A DNA stretch of 63,970 nt, the filler included, from Raillietiella orientalis (Eukaryota), in NCBI GenBank assembly GCA_036172245.1. It is 9 parts of 9 records of this genome, joined end to end, with 100 filler letters (N's around TTAATTAATTAA, not from the genome) between each part and the next. Parts side by side here need not be neighbours in the genome. Positions count along the whole stretch, not along the records: positions 29,580 to 36,772 come from JAYWIR010000306.1; positions 36,873 to 44,009 come from JAYWIR010000307.1; 7 more parts are not named here. One strand, written 5' to 3'. Under the pieces are notes generated by a model. That model was not told where the DNA came from and did not search any database. It saw nothing but the letters and a program-made list of their open reading frames with translations. A program made the position numbers and the translations under genes. Numbering within the stretch: the first letter of the stretch is position 1; each line of letters begins with the position of its first letter. Shown here one piece after another: positions 29,580 to 39,800 of this stretch.

Positions 29580-31292
29580 ATTCAGTTTCCCTGCTGAAGA
29601 AGTGGGTTTTTCACTGCCGGCATCACTCTCGGTGCCGGTGTGATCAGTGGACTCCTGTTCGTCCACAGAGCGTTCCGCCTTGGCGACCACCTTGCGCGGA
29701 AGGGTCTCCAGCGAGACCGTCGCACAGAATGCCGCCTTCAGGTCGCCCAGCTGGTCCTCCAGCTTTTCCCGCTCTGGTTCTACAACCATGCGGTTTACGT
29801 CGTCTTGGACCTCGCAGATGCGGTTCAGGATTTTTGCCTGTTCCGCCTCCGGTTGGCCCTGGCGAACCTCCTCTGCCAGTTTAACCACCTCCTCGGAAAG
29901 TTGCAGGGCCTCCTGCGTCTCCGGGACTGGTTCTGGCGTCTTCTCCTCCTTCTCCGTTTCCTCCGCCACCTCCATACTCTCGCCTACCGCCGCTTCAACT
30001 ACCGGGGTTTGAGGAATCTGTTGCTCCCTTGCGAGCATCTTCCTTTTCCCCTTCTTCCCCACCTCCACGAAGCCGTCTGCCGAAACCGGAGCGGCCTCTC
30101 TTGTTTTCCTCTGCTTTGCTAGCTGAGGTTTGATTACCTCAGCTAGCACCCTTTCCCTCACCGGAGACTCTCCTCTAATCGTCCGGTAGTTTGCATACTC
30201 CGGACAACTCCATTTCGCATGCCCTGGTTGCTTGCAAAAGGAGCAAAGCTCGGGCATGCTACAGTTCCGGACCTGGTGGCCCTGTTTCCCGCACCTGAAG
30301 CAGCGAGATCTAGGGCAGGCACCCATCCGGTGGCCAAAGTCCTTGCAACCGAGACAGAAGATCGGTTGCTGGCGGTACCTGACGTTCACCTCTTGCGAGG
30401 CTTCGTCAATGTGCACCAAACCGGGGATTTGGGCACCTTCTTTAAGCTTAATTTTGGCGATTACTTCGCCCGAGAAGATGTCTCCAGAGATGTTCTGGAA
30501 GTTTACTTCCAGAACCTCTCCGTATTTCTCCAGGAAATCCCACACCGTTTCTTGTTCGGTGAAGATTCCCACTCCGCTGAGGTGGACGGTGGTGTAAGGC
30601 ATTTCTCCTACGCCTTGTACCATTTTCCCCTGAATATTGATGCCCTTTTCGATTAGGGCCTCCCGCAATTCATCGCAGTCCGTGTACAGTGTAAAACCTG
30701 ACGTGCTGGGAATGATCGCTTGGAGACGATCAAAGTCGACGTTGGTTTTAAAAAGAGCACAGTACACCTCTCTTACATTGTTAAACCGGATCAATCCGGT
30801 TTTAAACATAACTGGTTTCGACGCTGGACTTAGGCGAACCATTGGTTCTTTGCATCGCGTGATGCGTCCAGTCGTCGGCTTCTTGAAAGTTCGGTTTGGC
30901 TGGGCAGAGGCCTGCCCCGCCGTAACCGCCGCATACGAAAACGGCTTTGTAGCCGAACCCGAACAAGATGGCGTCGCCATGTACGCCGCGTGGACGCCCG
31001 GGGCTCCCGCCTGGGACGCCGCCGCCGCCGCTGCGGGCGCAACCCTCGTCGTCGCCGTCGCTGATGTCGCCGTAGGCGGGACCTTCGGCATCGCCGCCGC
31101 CGGCACGACCTTCCCCGCCGCGGGCGCGATCCTCGGCGTCGCCGCCGCGGGCACGACCTCCATCGCCGTCGCCGCGGGCACGACCCTCGGCATCGCCGCC
31201 GCCGGCGCAGCAAAGCCTGCCGCGGGCGCGACCCTCGGCGTCGCCGCTGCCTCCTCGCCACTGCCGCATATTACCTCCATGTGTTCTTCCAT
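29580..31292 (-). CDS. Retrotransposon ORF1 (nucleic-acid-binding protein with 3 CCHC zinc knuckles), downstream copy, 3'-truncated by the contig end
   Basis: Three CX2CX4HX4C motifs (CLGCKDFGHRMGAC, CFRCGKQGHQVRNC, CSFCKQPGHAKWSC) follow an RRM-like segment (VHLSGVG..FLEKYGEVLEV). The N-terminus has Ala/Pro-rich repeats. First ATG is at 31292; the ORF track starts at GTG 31376. Confidence 0.88.
31020..31255 (-). repeat. GC-rich coding minisatellite in the ORF1 N-terminus (AAATPRVAP-like units)
   Basis: Recurrent gccgcgggc(a/g)cgaccctcggc(g/a)tcgccgccgc units, translated as AAATPRVAPAA / AAAMPRVVPAA / AAATPRIAPAA. Confidence 0.8.
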
Positions 31293-31465
31293 GGGGGTCG
31301 ACGGCTGCTCCACTCCTTGGATGTGCCTCCTTGCGGCTGCCGTTGCTGCCGCACTTCTTGTTTGGAGGACTTCCACCTCGGGTCCTTCGGCGCTGCTGCT
31401 GCTGCTGCTGTCGGGTATTTACGTCGGTGGCACAGTCACTTCCACAGTATCTTTCACTAGGCACT

Positions 31466-31596
31466 TGCCCTCTCGGGGCACGCAAAAATTGCCGCGGCAG
31501 TGGTTTTACGCACTGCCTTGGCGGGGTATTGGGTAAAGTTTTCAACTAGCAATAATCGCGGCTCAGTCGCCTTCCTCGCCTACGATTTTCCCCAAG
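31466..31596 (-). ncRNA. U4: U4 spliceosomal snRNA sequence, 5'-truncated by ~9-10 nt
   Basis: The minus strand reads CTTGGGGAAA ATCGTAGGC GAGGA AG GCGA CT GA GCCGCGAT TATTGCTAGTTGAAAACTTTACCCAATACCCCGCC ... GGCAATTTTTG CG TGCCCCGAGAGGGCA. This gives a kink-turn 5' stem-loop, the U6 stem-I segment TGCTAGTT, the conserved central GAAAACTTT.CCCAATACCCCGCC, an Sm site AATTTTTG (31483-31490) and a terminal hairpin. It matches metazoan U4 as I recall it; no database search was run. Confidence 0.9.
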
Positions 31597-31617
31597 TCCC
31601 ACAGGGGGTGGGGTGAA

Positions 31618-31623
31618 TTTATT
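31618..31623 (-). promoter_or_regulatory. Polyadenylation signal AATAAA at the 3' end of the retroelement
   Basis: Lies ~105 nt after the ORF2 stop, at the end of an AT-rich tract. No poly(A) tail follows. Confidence 0.6.
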
Positions 31624-31728
31624 TTCTATAAAAATACAATTTTACATTCACACTCACATTCACTCTATGTCTACTCTTTGTCTTTCACTTTGAAGTCCTG
31701 GGGGGTACACTAGAGTTCTGCTTTTACC

Positions 31729-34700
31729 TCAGGGTGGATTTCCAGCTGGATGGTCCCGGGCGTCGTCCTCGATCCTCTTCAGGATGAATCTGTACGTCCA
31801 GGCTTGGATGCGTCCACAATTCCTGATGCCGATCTCCTTCTTGATGAGTCCTTGCAGGATCTCCATCGGGGTTGCGGCTCTGCTGGCTCTTCTCATCTTC
31901 CACCACCGCACAAGTATGGCGGTGATGAAGAGGGCAATGGTCGTCCTCACCATGGGATTGTAACAGGGAACATTACCATCTCCCTGAAACATCCCGGCGA
32001 GGATCTCCATCACGGAACTGGTCGTCATTCCAATGATCCTTTTCAGGATCAGCCAGTCGTGAAGGAGTGTGGGACACGTCAAGATGTGAAGTCTTGTATC
32101 GTTGTCACCACACGCCGTGCAGTCTCCGTCTTCCCGTCTTCTGGTGAAGTGCTTGAGTCTGGACCCGCTCAGGATACCTCCATGGTAAAACATCAGGAGG
32201 TTGTCCTGGGTGTCCGGCGGAAGGTCACTCCTCCAGAGCGTTGTGCCGATCGCCAACAGGTTGATGCGATCGCTCCCGTAGCGGTCGGCGGCTTCTTGGA
32301 GGGCACTGGTATCCTTTTCTTCGTCTTTGATCATCTTCCGGAGGTTCATTTTGGTCACCCTCGACCATGCGAAGTCGTTGTGGTTAATCCACACCTCGCG
32401 GGTCTGGTGGGTGAACCTCCCTAACATCATCTCTATGTACCGGAGTACACGAGAATGATGTAGGTATCCTCCTCGGCGCCATTCCTGGATCCGTTGCAGG
32501 GTAACTCTGGGCCGCTGGTAGATCCAGCTTCTCGTGTCCGGAGGGACCGGAAGCATCCAGGGGATCACCAGGATGGACTCGTCCTGCCAGAGTTCCCTGC
32601 TTCTTGGCACGATCTTCATCTTGTGCTTTCGCACAAGCCGCTGTTTTCTTCTCCAGGTAGGGTCGATGGTGATCCATTCCCCTGCTCGGCCTAGCAGCGC
32701 AGTCATCAGGCCTTTCGAGTTGTTCAGCAACAACGCGTAGGCCCTGTGCGCCGCATACGGCCAGTCATCCCAGTGAGTGGCTATGTCCAGGATGTGTCGC
32801 GTATCCATGATTTCCATGGAATGTGCAGGCGACTTCATCCCGGAACCGCCTTCTTCCCTGGGACGACACAGAGGTTTGAGACGGACTCTTGGGCGATAAT
32901 GGCCCCACAAAGTTTTCCTCTGCAGCTTTTCTACTTCTCTTGTGGTTTCTTTATTCATTCGTGCGAAGGCCGCCCCGAAGAGTATCTTTGGTAGAAGTAC
33001 TCCGTTCCACAGGTTGGCTCTTCGCTTCATGTTAAAGTCCACTCGAGTGTACTTCGCTGCTTCGTTGGCCGTTTTCCCCAGGATTTCCGTCCACAGCAGT
33101 TTCGACGCAGAGTCGTCGCCGATGTAGACTCCCAGGTACTTGGCCGTGTCCACCGTACGGAATCCACTCCCCGTTAGAATGGAGAGGTTCAGGATTCCGA
33201 CGGGCAAAAGCTGGCTCTTTTGGGCATTGATTTTCAAGCCCAGTCCCTGTTCCATGAGGTCGACCACATCCAGGAACGCTCGTTGATTCCTCTCTCCCTT
33301 GATGAAGAAGAGGAGATCATCTGCGTATGCCAGATGGGTCAGGTGCTGACCATCAATGGAAATCCCTGATAGACGACCGCTTCTCTCGATGTAAGAAGAC
33401 AGCGCCTCCATGTATATGACGAACAGCATTGGACTTAGCGAGTCGCCCTGCCGGACTCCTCGTTCCATCCTAATTGCTGCCGTCTCTTGGCCGTTGATTT
33501 TGATACGGCAGTACTGGTTTTGGAGTACCGCCCTCACGAAGTTGCTGAAGTGTTCCGGAAGCCCAAGCTTCTCCAGAACCTTCAGCAGCATCCCGTGGTC
33601 GATGGAGTCGAAGGCCTTCTCCATGTCGGTGAACACCAGCACCAGGTTCTCGCCGACGTATCGGCTGAGACCGACGGTGGCCTGGGCACACTTAACATTG
33701 TCAGACATGTGTCGTCCTGGGACTGCACACGTCTGGACCGGAGAGATCAGCCTCGACATGACCCTGCCTAAGCGGTTGGACCAGATCTTCGCCAACCACT
33801 TGGCATCTGAGTTTAGGATCGAGATCGGCCTCCATTGAGCGATCTGCGTGAGATCGCCTCCTTTTGGCAGCAATCTCATCCTACTCTCGTAGAAGGATTC
33901 CGGAAGTCGTCCTTCTTCTCGGATGCAGAGTGTCAACTGGTGGAACAAACGCAGGTAGGCGTGCAGGTACCGCTGATAGTGCGAGATGGGTACACTATCA
34001 GGGCCTGCTGCCACATCCTTGCGAAGCTGCCCAAACGCAGTCTTCACTTCCTCTTCGGAGAACTCCTCCTCCAGTCTATTTCTTTGGAGGTCGTCCGTCC
34101 TCTTCTCGAGGTAACCCAGGAAGGCTTGCTGACTCGAGCGGCAGAGATCTTGTCGTCGGAAGTGTCTCGCGTAATGCCTGTGAAAGGCTTCCGCGATATC
34201 CTCCGACGTGTGCCGCTCTTGGCCGTCGTACTGGATGCAGAAGATATCTGTGGCCAGATTCCTCTTTTCCAGCACGCCGACCTCCCCTTTCGTGTTCTGG
34301 AAGACGTACCGACTCTCGTACTGATCGAAGTACTTCGAGAGGGAGCGATCTTGGATGTTCAGCTCCCGGTACGCTTCCTGCCTCATGCGCTTACAGAAGT
34401 ACTGCATATTGCAGAACAGATGGATTCTGTGCTTCAACCGGTCCCAGTCGGCGACCCTGCGGATGGTAGTATCTTGCAGGATCGCCTCGATGACTTCCTG
34501 GTGACCGGGAAGCGTTTCGAACCAGGCGGGCATGCAGATGAGCGCCGCCCTGGTGGCCTTTTCTTTACGAGGATTCTCAGTGCGGAGTGTAAACCGTACC
34601 AATGGGTGATCGGACAACAGGTGTGGGATGTCACGAAAACCCTGGATGCGGTTGTCTATCTCCGCACTGTGGAGGACGTGATCGATCGGCTTGTGGCTAG

Positions 34701-35247
34701 CTGTTCGCCACACAAGTCCGAACTCGTCGGACAGCCGCCGATACGCCGCTCTTCCTCTTGCATCCTGAGAATATTTAATTTCATCCAGGATGTTGAAATC
34801 CCCAGCGACGATAACTATGTCCTTCGGTGCCACTCGTTTGCGGAGTTCTTCTTGCAGCTTCTCCGCGCACCGATGCTTGATCTTGTGCGGTCCGTAGACG
34901 TTCACCAGGAAGAGGTGAACGTTACTGGACCAGGACAGTCGCACGCCGATTACTCTGCCAGGTACCGGACAGAAGGTTTCCAAAATGGTGTGGGCGAGCT
35001 CGTTCTTGATGAGGATCGCCACCCCCATGGTCTTCTTCTGTCCCTCGCTGGCGAACAGTTGTCCGTCGAATCGGCGTTCCATCTCCAGGGCGTTCTGCTG
35101 CCCGAGACGGTGGATTTCCTGTAGGCATACCACATCCTGTCTTGCGATGGTCCGCATGACACTTTTTCTCTTCCCCTGGTCCGTCAGTCCATTCACATTC
35201 CAGGAGGCGATGTTAATCCTCCTGGCACTGGACAGCGACGAGGCCAT
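31729..35247 (-). CDS. Retrotransposon ORF2, 1172 aa: AP endonuclease + reverse transcriptase + C-terminal CCHC finger (L1/Tx1-like), intact
   Basis: APE motifs NIASWNVNGL, CLQE, NVYGP, AGDFN, IDH, SDH. RT motifs WRPISILNSDAK, DMEKAFDSIDH, GVRQGDSLSP, YADD, KYLGV. C-terminal CTACGDNDTRLHILTC. No stops or frameshifts. Confidence 0.96.
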   Translation of the reverse strand: MASSLSSARRINIASWNVNGLTDQGKRKSVMRTIARQDVVCLQEIHRLGQQNALEMERRFDGQLFASEGQKKTMGVAILIKNELAHTILETFCPVPGRVIGVRLSWSSNVHLFLVNVYGPHKIKHRCAEKLQEELRKRVAPKDIVIVAGDFNILDEIKYSQDARGRAAYRRLSDEFGLVWRTASHKPIDHVLHSAEIDNRIQGFRDIPHLLSDHPLVRFTLRTENPRKEKATRAALICMPAWFETLPGHQEVIEAILQDTTIRRVADWDRLKHRIHLFCNMQYFCKRMRQEAYRELNIQDRSLSKYFDQYESRYVFQNTKGEVGVLEKRNLATDIFCIQYDGQERHTSEDIAEAFHRHYARHFRRQDLCRSSQQAFLGYLEKRTDDLQRNRLEEEFSEEEVKTAFGQLRKDVAAGPDSVPISHYQRYLHAYLRLFHQLTLCIREEGRLPESFYESRMRLLPKGGDLTQIAQWRPISILNSDAKWLAKIWSNRLGRVMSRLISPVQTCAVPGRHMSDNVKCAQATVGLSRYVGENLVLVFTDMEKAFDSIDHGMLLKVLEKLGLPEHFSNFVRAVLQNQYCRIKINGQETAAIRMERGVRQGDSLSPMLFVIYMEALSSYIERSGRLSGISIDGQHLTHLAYADDLLFFIKGERNQRAFLDVVDLMEQGLGLKINAQKSQLLPVGILNLSILTGSGFRTVDTAKYLGVYIGDDSASKLLWTEILGKTANEAAKYTRVDFNMKRRANLWNGVLLPKILFGAAFARMNKETTREVEKLQRKTLWGHYRPRVRLKPLCRPREEGGSGMKSPAHSMEIMDTRHILDIATHWDDWPYAAHRAYALLLNNSKGLMTALLGRAGEWITIDPTWRRKQRLVRKHKMKIVPRSRELWQDESILVIPWMLPVPPDTRSWIYQRPRVTLQRIQEWRRGGYLHHSRVLRYIEMMLGRFTHQTREVWINHNDFAWSRVTKMNLRKMIKDEEKDTSALQEAADRYGSDRINLLAIGTTLWRSDLPPDTQDNLLMFYHGGILSGSRLKHFTRRREDGDCTACGDNDTRLHILTCPTLLHDWLILKRIIGMTTSSVMEILAGMFQGDGNVPCYNPMVRTTIALFITAILVRWWKMRRASRAATPMEILQGLIKKEIGIRNCGRIQAWTYRFILKRIEDDARDHPAGNPP

Positions 35248-35263
35248 GAAAGGGGGGGGAGTC

Positions 35264-36772
35264 CTACTTCACCTTTCTTGCCTTCCTTAGCTTCTTCTGC
35301 TGGGGAGACTTATTCAGTTTCCCTGCTGAAGAAGTGGGTTTTTCACTGCCGGCATCACTCTCGGTGCCGGTGTGATCAGTGGACTCCTGTTCGTCCACAG
35401 AGCGTTCCGCCTTGGCGACCACCTTGCGCGGAAGGGTCTCCAGCGAGACCGTCGCACAGAATGCCGCCTTCAGGTCGCCCAGCTGGTCCTCCAGCTTTTC
35501 CCGCTCTGGTTCTACAACCATGCGGTTTACGTCGTCTTGGACCTCGCAGATGCGGTTCAGGATTTTTGCCTGTTCCGCCTCCGGTTGGCCCTGGCGAACC
35601 TCCTCTGCCAGTTTAACCACCTCCTCGGAAAGTTGCAGGGCCTCCTGCGTCTCCGGGACTGGTTCTGGCGTCTTCTCCTCCTTCTCCGTTTCCTCCGCCA
35701 CCTCCATACTCTCGCCTACCGCCGCTTCAACTACCGGGATTTGAGGAATCTGTTGCTCCCTTGCGAGCATCTTCCTTTTCCCCTTCTTCCCCACCTCCAC
35801 GAAGCCGTCTGCCGAAACCGGAGCGGCCTCTCTTGTTTTCCTCTGCTTTGCTAGCTGAGGTTTGATTACCTCAGCTAGCACCCTTTCCCTCACCGGGGAC
35901 TCTCCTCTAATCGTCCGGTAGTTTGCATACTCCGGACAACTCCATTTCGCATGCCCTGGTTGCTTGCAAAAGGAGCAAAGCTCGGGCATGCTGCAGTTTC
36001 GGACCTGATGGCCCAACTTCCCACAGCGGAAGCAACGCGACCTTGGGCAGGCGCCCAAGCGGTGCCCGAAATTTTTGCAGCCGGTGCAAAAGATCGGCTG
36101 CTGCCTATATCTGACGGAAACGTCTTGCGACGATTCGTCGATATGGACATTGCCTGGGATCTGCGCCCCGTCCTTCAATTTAATTTTGGCGATCAACTCG
36201 CCCGAGAAGATGTCTCCGGAGATGTTCTGGGTCTTCATTTCCAGAACTTCTCCGTATTGGGACAGGAAGTCCCATATCGCTTCTCTCTCGGTGAGGATGC
36301 CAATTCCACTTAGGAAGACTGTCGTGTAAGGCATTTCGCCAATGCCTTGCACCATCTTCCCCTGAATGTTGATGCCCTTTTCGATAAGGGCCTCCCGCAG
36401 CTCTTCGCAGTCAGTATACAGGATGAATCCCGCTGAGTTCGGGATTATCGCCTGCAATCGATCAAAGTCGACATTTGTCCTATACAGCGCACAATACACC
36501 TGCCTTATGTTATTAAACCGGACCAGCCCGGTTTTAAAGGTGATGGGTTTGGACGCTGGACTCAACTTCACCATGGGTTCTTTGGTTCGAGTGATGTTCT
36601 CACTCGCAGGCTTCCCGAATTTCCTGTTTGGCAGGGCAGAGGCCTGCCCCGCCGTCACCGCCGCATACGAAAACGGCGGTTTCGCCGCCGCCGCCGAGCA
36701 AGATGGCGTCGCACCTTGCCCTGTGTGCGCCGCGTGGACGCCCGCGGCTCCCGCCTGGGACGCCGCCGCCAC
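35264..36772 (-). CDS. Retrotransposon ORF1, upstream copy (5'-truncated by the contig end)
   Basis: Three zinc knuckles (CTGCKNFGHRLGAC, CFRCGKLGHQVRNC, CSFCKQPGHAKWSC) and a basic C-terminus KKLRKARKVK. The TAG stop is 16 nt before the ORF2 ATG. Confidence 0.9.
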   Translation of the reverse strand: MAAASQAGAAGVHAAHTGQGATPSCSAAAAKPPFSYAAVTAGQASALPNRKFGKPASENITRTKEPMVKLSPASKPITFKTGLVRFNNIRQVYCALYRTNVDFDRLQAIIPNSAGFILYTDCEELREALIEKGINIQGKMVQGIGEMPYTTVFLSGIGILTEREAIWDFLSQYGEVLEMKTQNISGDIFSGELIAKIKLKDGAQIPGNVHIDESSQDVSVRYRQQPIFCTGCKNFGHRLGACPRSRCFRCGKLGHQVRNCSMPELCSFCKQPGHAKWSCPEYANYRTIRGESPVRERVLAEVIKPQLAKQRKTREAAPVSADGFVEVGKKGKRKMLAREQQIPQIPVVEAAVGESMEVAEETEKEEKTPEPVPETQEALQLSEEVVKLAEEVRQGQPEAEQAKILNRICEVQDDVNRMVVEPEREKLEDQLGDLKAAFCATVSLETLPRKVVAKAERSVDEQESTDHTGTESDAGSEKPTSSAGKLNKSPQQKKLRKARKVK

Positions 36773-36872
36773 NNNNNNNNNNNNNNNNNNNNNNNNNNNN
36801 NNNNNNNNNNNNNNNNTTAATTAATTAANNNNNNNNNNNNNNNNNNNNNNNNNNNNNNNNNNNNNNNNNNNN

Positions 36873-39800
36873 ACTGCAAATGTATGCTTAGCGAAAAGCA
36901 GCAAAAGTGCATTAGTAAAATCCCCTGATTTCCAATTTATTCCAAGCCTGTAAGGTTGCAAATTGTTACCACATCTTGAATCAGAGCGAAGTATAAGATT
37001 CCTCTTCTAGGTACGACACTGCTTACCATGAAAACAACACAGAGACCAAAGTGCCACGCCCTAACCAATTTTCGACCTCTTCTTAGTCATCCTCTGAAAT
37101 CAGGAAATTGGAAGGCCGTGAGCCTCTCCATGACATGAATTTGCCACTCACTGCAAATAGATGCTTCGTGAAGAGGAGCAAAACGGCAATGGTGAAATTC
37201 CCTGATTTCGAATTGATTACAAAACTTGAAAAGTTGCAAATTACTACCATATAATGAATCAGAACGAAGTATAAGATTCCACATCCAGGTAGGACTCTGT
37301 TTACCATGAAAACAACACAGAGACCAAAGTGCTACGCCCTAATCTAATTTCGAACTCTTCTTAATCATCCTCTTAAATCAGGAAATTGGAAGCCCTTGAG
37401 GCTCTTCATGACGGCAATTTGCCACTCACTGGAAATAGATGCTTCGCGAAGAGGTGCAAAACTGCAATGGAGAAATCCTTGGGTTTGGAATTGATTACAA
37501 AGCCTGCAAGGTAGCAAATTTTTACCACATCATGGATCAGAGCGAACGAAAATATTCCTCTTCTAGGAACGACAGTGGTTACCATGAAGTCAACACAGAG
37601 ACCAAAGTACCACCCCCTATTCTAATTTCGAACGCTTCTTAATCATCCGCTGTAATCAGGAAATTGGCAGGCCTTGAGGCTTTCCATGACGGAAATTTGC
37701 CACTCACTGCAAATGTATGCTTAGTGAAAAGGCGCAAAAGTGCTATAGTAAAATCCCCTTTTTTCCAATTGGTTACAAACCCTGAAAGTTTGCAAATTTT
37801 TACCACATACTGAATTAAAGCGAAGGGAAAAATTCCTCTTCTAGGTACGACACTGGTTACTATGAAAACAACAGAGACCCCAAAGTGCCACGCCCTAATG
37901 TAATTTCGAACACTTCATAATCATCCTCTGAAATCGGGAAATTGGAAGGCCTTGAGTCTCTTCATGACGGGAATTTGCCACTTATTGCAAATGGATGCTT
38001 AGTGAAGAGGCGCAAAACTGCAATGGAGATATCCCCTGATTTCGAATTGATTACAAAGCCTGAAAGGTTGCAAATTTCTACCAGATCAAGAATCAGAGCG
38101 AAGGTAAAGATTCCTCTTCTAGGAAAGACAGTGGTTACCATGAAAACAACACAGAGACCAAAGTGCCACGCCCTAACCTAGTTTCGACCTCTTCTTAGTC
38201 ATCCTCTTAAATCAGGAAATTGGAAGGCCGTGAGCCTCTCGATGACATGAATTTGCCACTCACTGCAAATAGATGCTTCGTGAAGAGAAGCAAAACTGCA
38301 ATGGTGAAATTCCCTGATTTCGAATTGATTACAAAACTTGAAAAGTTGCAAATTACTACCATATAATGAATCAGAACGAAGTATAAGATTCCACATCCAG
38401 GTAGGACACTGTTTACCATGAAAACAACACAGAGACCAAAGTGCTACGCCCTAATCTAATTTCGAACTCTTCTTAATCATCCTCTTAAATCAGGAAATTG
38501 GAATCCCTTGAGGCTGTTCATGACGGCAATTTGCCACTCACTGGAAATAGATGCTTCGCGAAGAGGTGCAAAACTGCAATGGAGAAATCCCCGGGTTTCG
38601 AATTGATTACAAAGCCTGTAAGGTAGCAAATTTTTACCAGTTCATGGATCAGAGCGAACGAAAATATTCCTTTTCTTGGAACGACAGTGGTTAATATTAA
38701 GACAACACAGATACCAACGTACCACCCCCTATTCTAATTTCGAACACTTCTTAATCATCCGCTGTAATCAGGAAATTGGAAGGCCTTGAGGCTTTCCATG
38801 ACGGAAATTTGCCACTCACTGCAAATGTATGCTTAGTGAAAAGGCGCAAAAGTGCTATAGTAAAATCCCCTGATTTCCAATTGGTTACAAACCCTGAAAG
38901 TTTGCAAATTTTTACCACATACTGAATTAAAGCGAGGGAAAAATTCCTCTTCTAGGTACGACACTGGTTACTATGAAAACAACAGAGAGCCCAAAGTGCC
39001 ACGCCCTAATCTAATTTCGAACACTTCATAATCATCCTCTGAAATCGGGAAATTGGAAGGCCTTGAGTCTCTTCATGACGGGAATTTGCCACTTACTGCA
39101 ATTGGATGCTTACTGAAAAGGCGCAATTGTGCAAAAGTAATTTCCCCTGATTTTTAGTTGATTACAAAGCATGAAAGGATGCAAATTTCTAGCACATCAT
39201 GAATGAGAGCGAAGTATGAGATTCCTCTTCTAGGTACGACACTGCTTACCATGAAAACAACACAGAGACCAAAGTGCCACGCCCTAACCAATTTTCGACC
39301 TCTTCTTAGTCATCCTCTGAAATCAGGAAATTGGAAGGCCGTGAGCCTCTCCATGACATGAATTTGCCACTCACTGCAAATAGATGCTTCGTGAAGAGGA
39401 GCAAAACTGCAATGGTGAAATTCCCTGATTTCGAATTGATTACAAAACTTGAAAAGTTGCAAATTACTTCCATATAATGAATCAGAACGAAGTATAAGAT
39501 TCCACATCCAGATAGGACACTGTTTACCATGAAAACAACACAGAGACCAAAGTGCTACGCCCTAATCTAATTTCGAACTCTTCTTAATCATCCTCTTAAA
39601 TCAGGAAATTGGAATCCCTTGAGGCTCTTCATGACGGCAATTTGCCACTCACTGGAAATAGATGCTTCGCGAAGAGGTGCAAAACTGCAATGGAGAAATC
39701 CTTGGGTTTCGAATTGATTACAAAGCCTGCAAGGTAGCAAATTTTTACCACATCATGGATCAGAGCGAACGAAAATATTCCTCTTCTAGGAACGACAGTG

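Larger units (their letters stand above)
29580..36772 (-). mobile_element. Head-to-tail tandem of L1/Tx1-type non-LTR retrotransposons (unit ~5732 bp)
   Basis: Minus-strand order is ORF1, ORF2 (APE-RT-CCHC), 3'UTR with AATAAA, U4-like sequence, then ORF1 again. Sequence starting at 29580 matches that starting at 35312 (period 5732). Confidence 0.93.

Noticed and set aside
33835..35124. 429-aa plus-strand ORF, and 472-aa minus-strand ORF at 60298-61716
   Set aside because: Antisense shadows of GC-rich retrotransposon ORF2 sequence.
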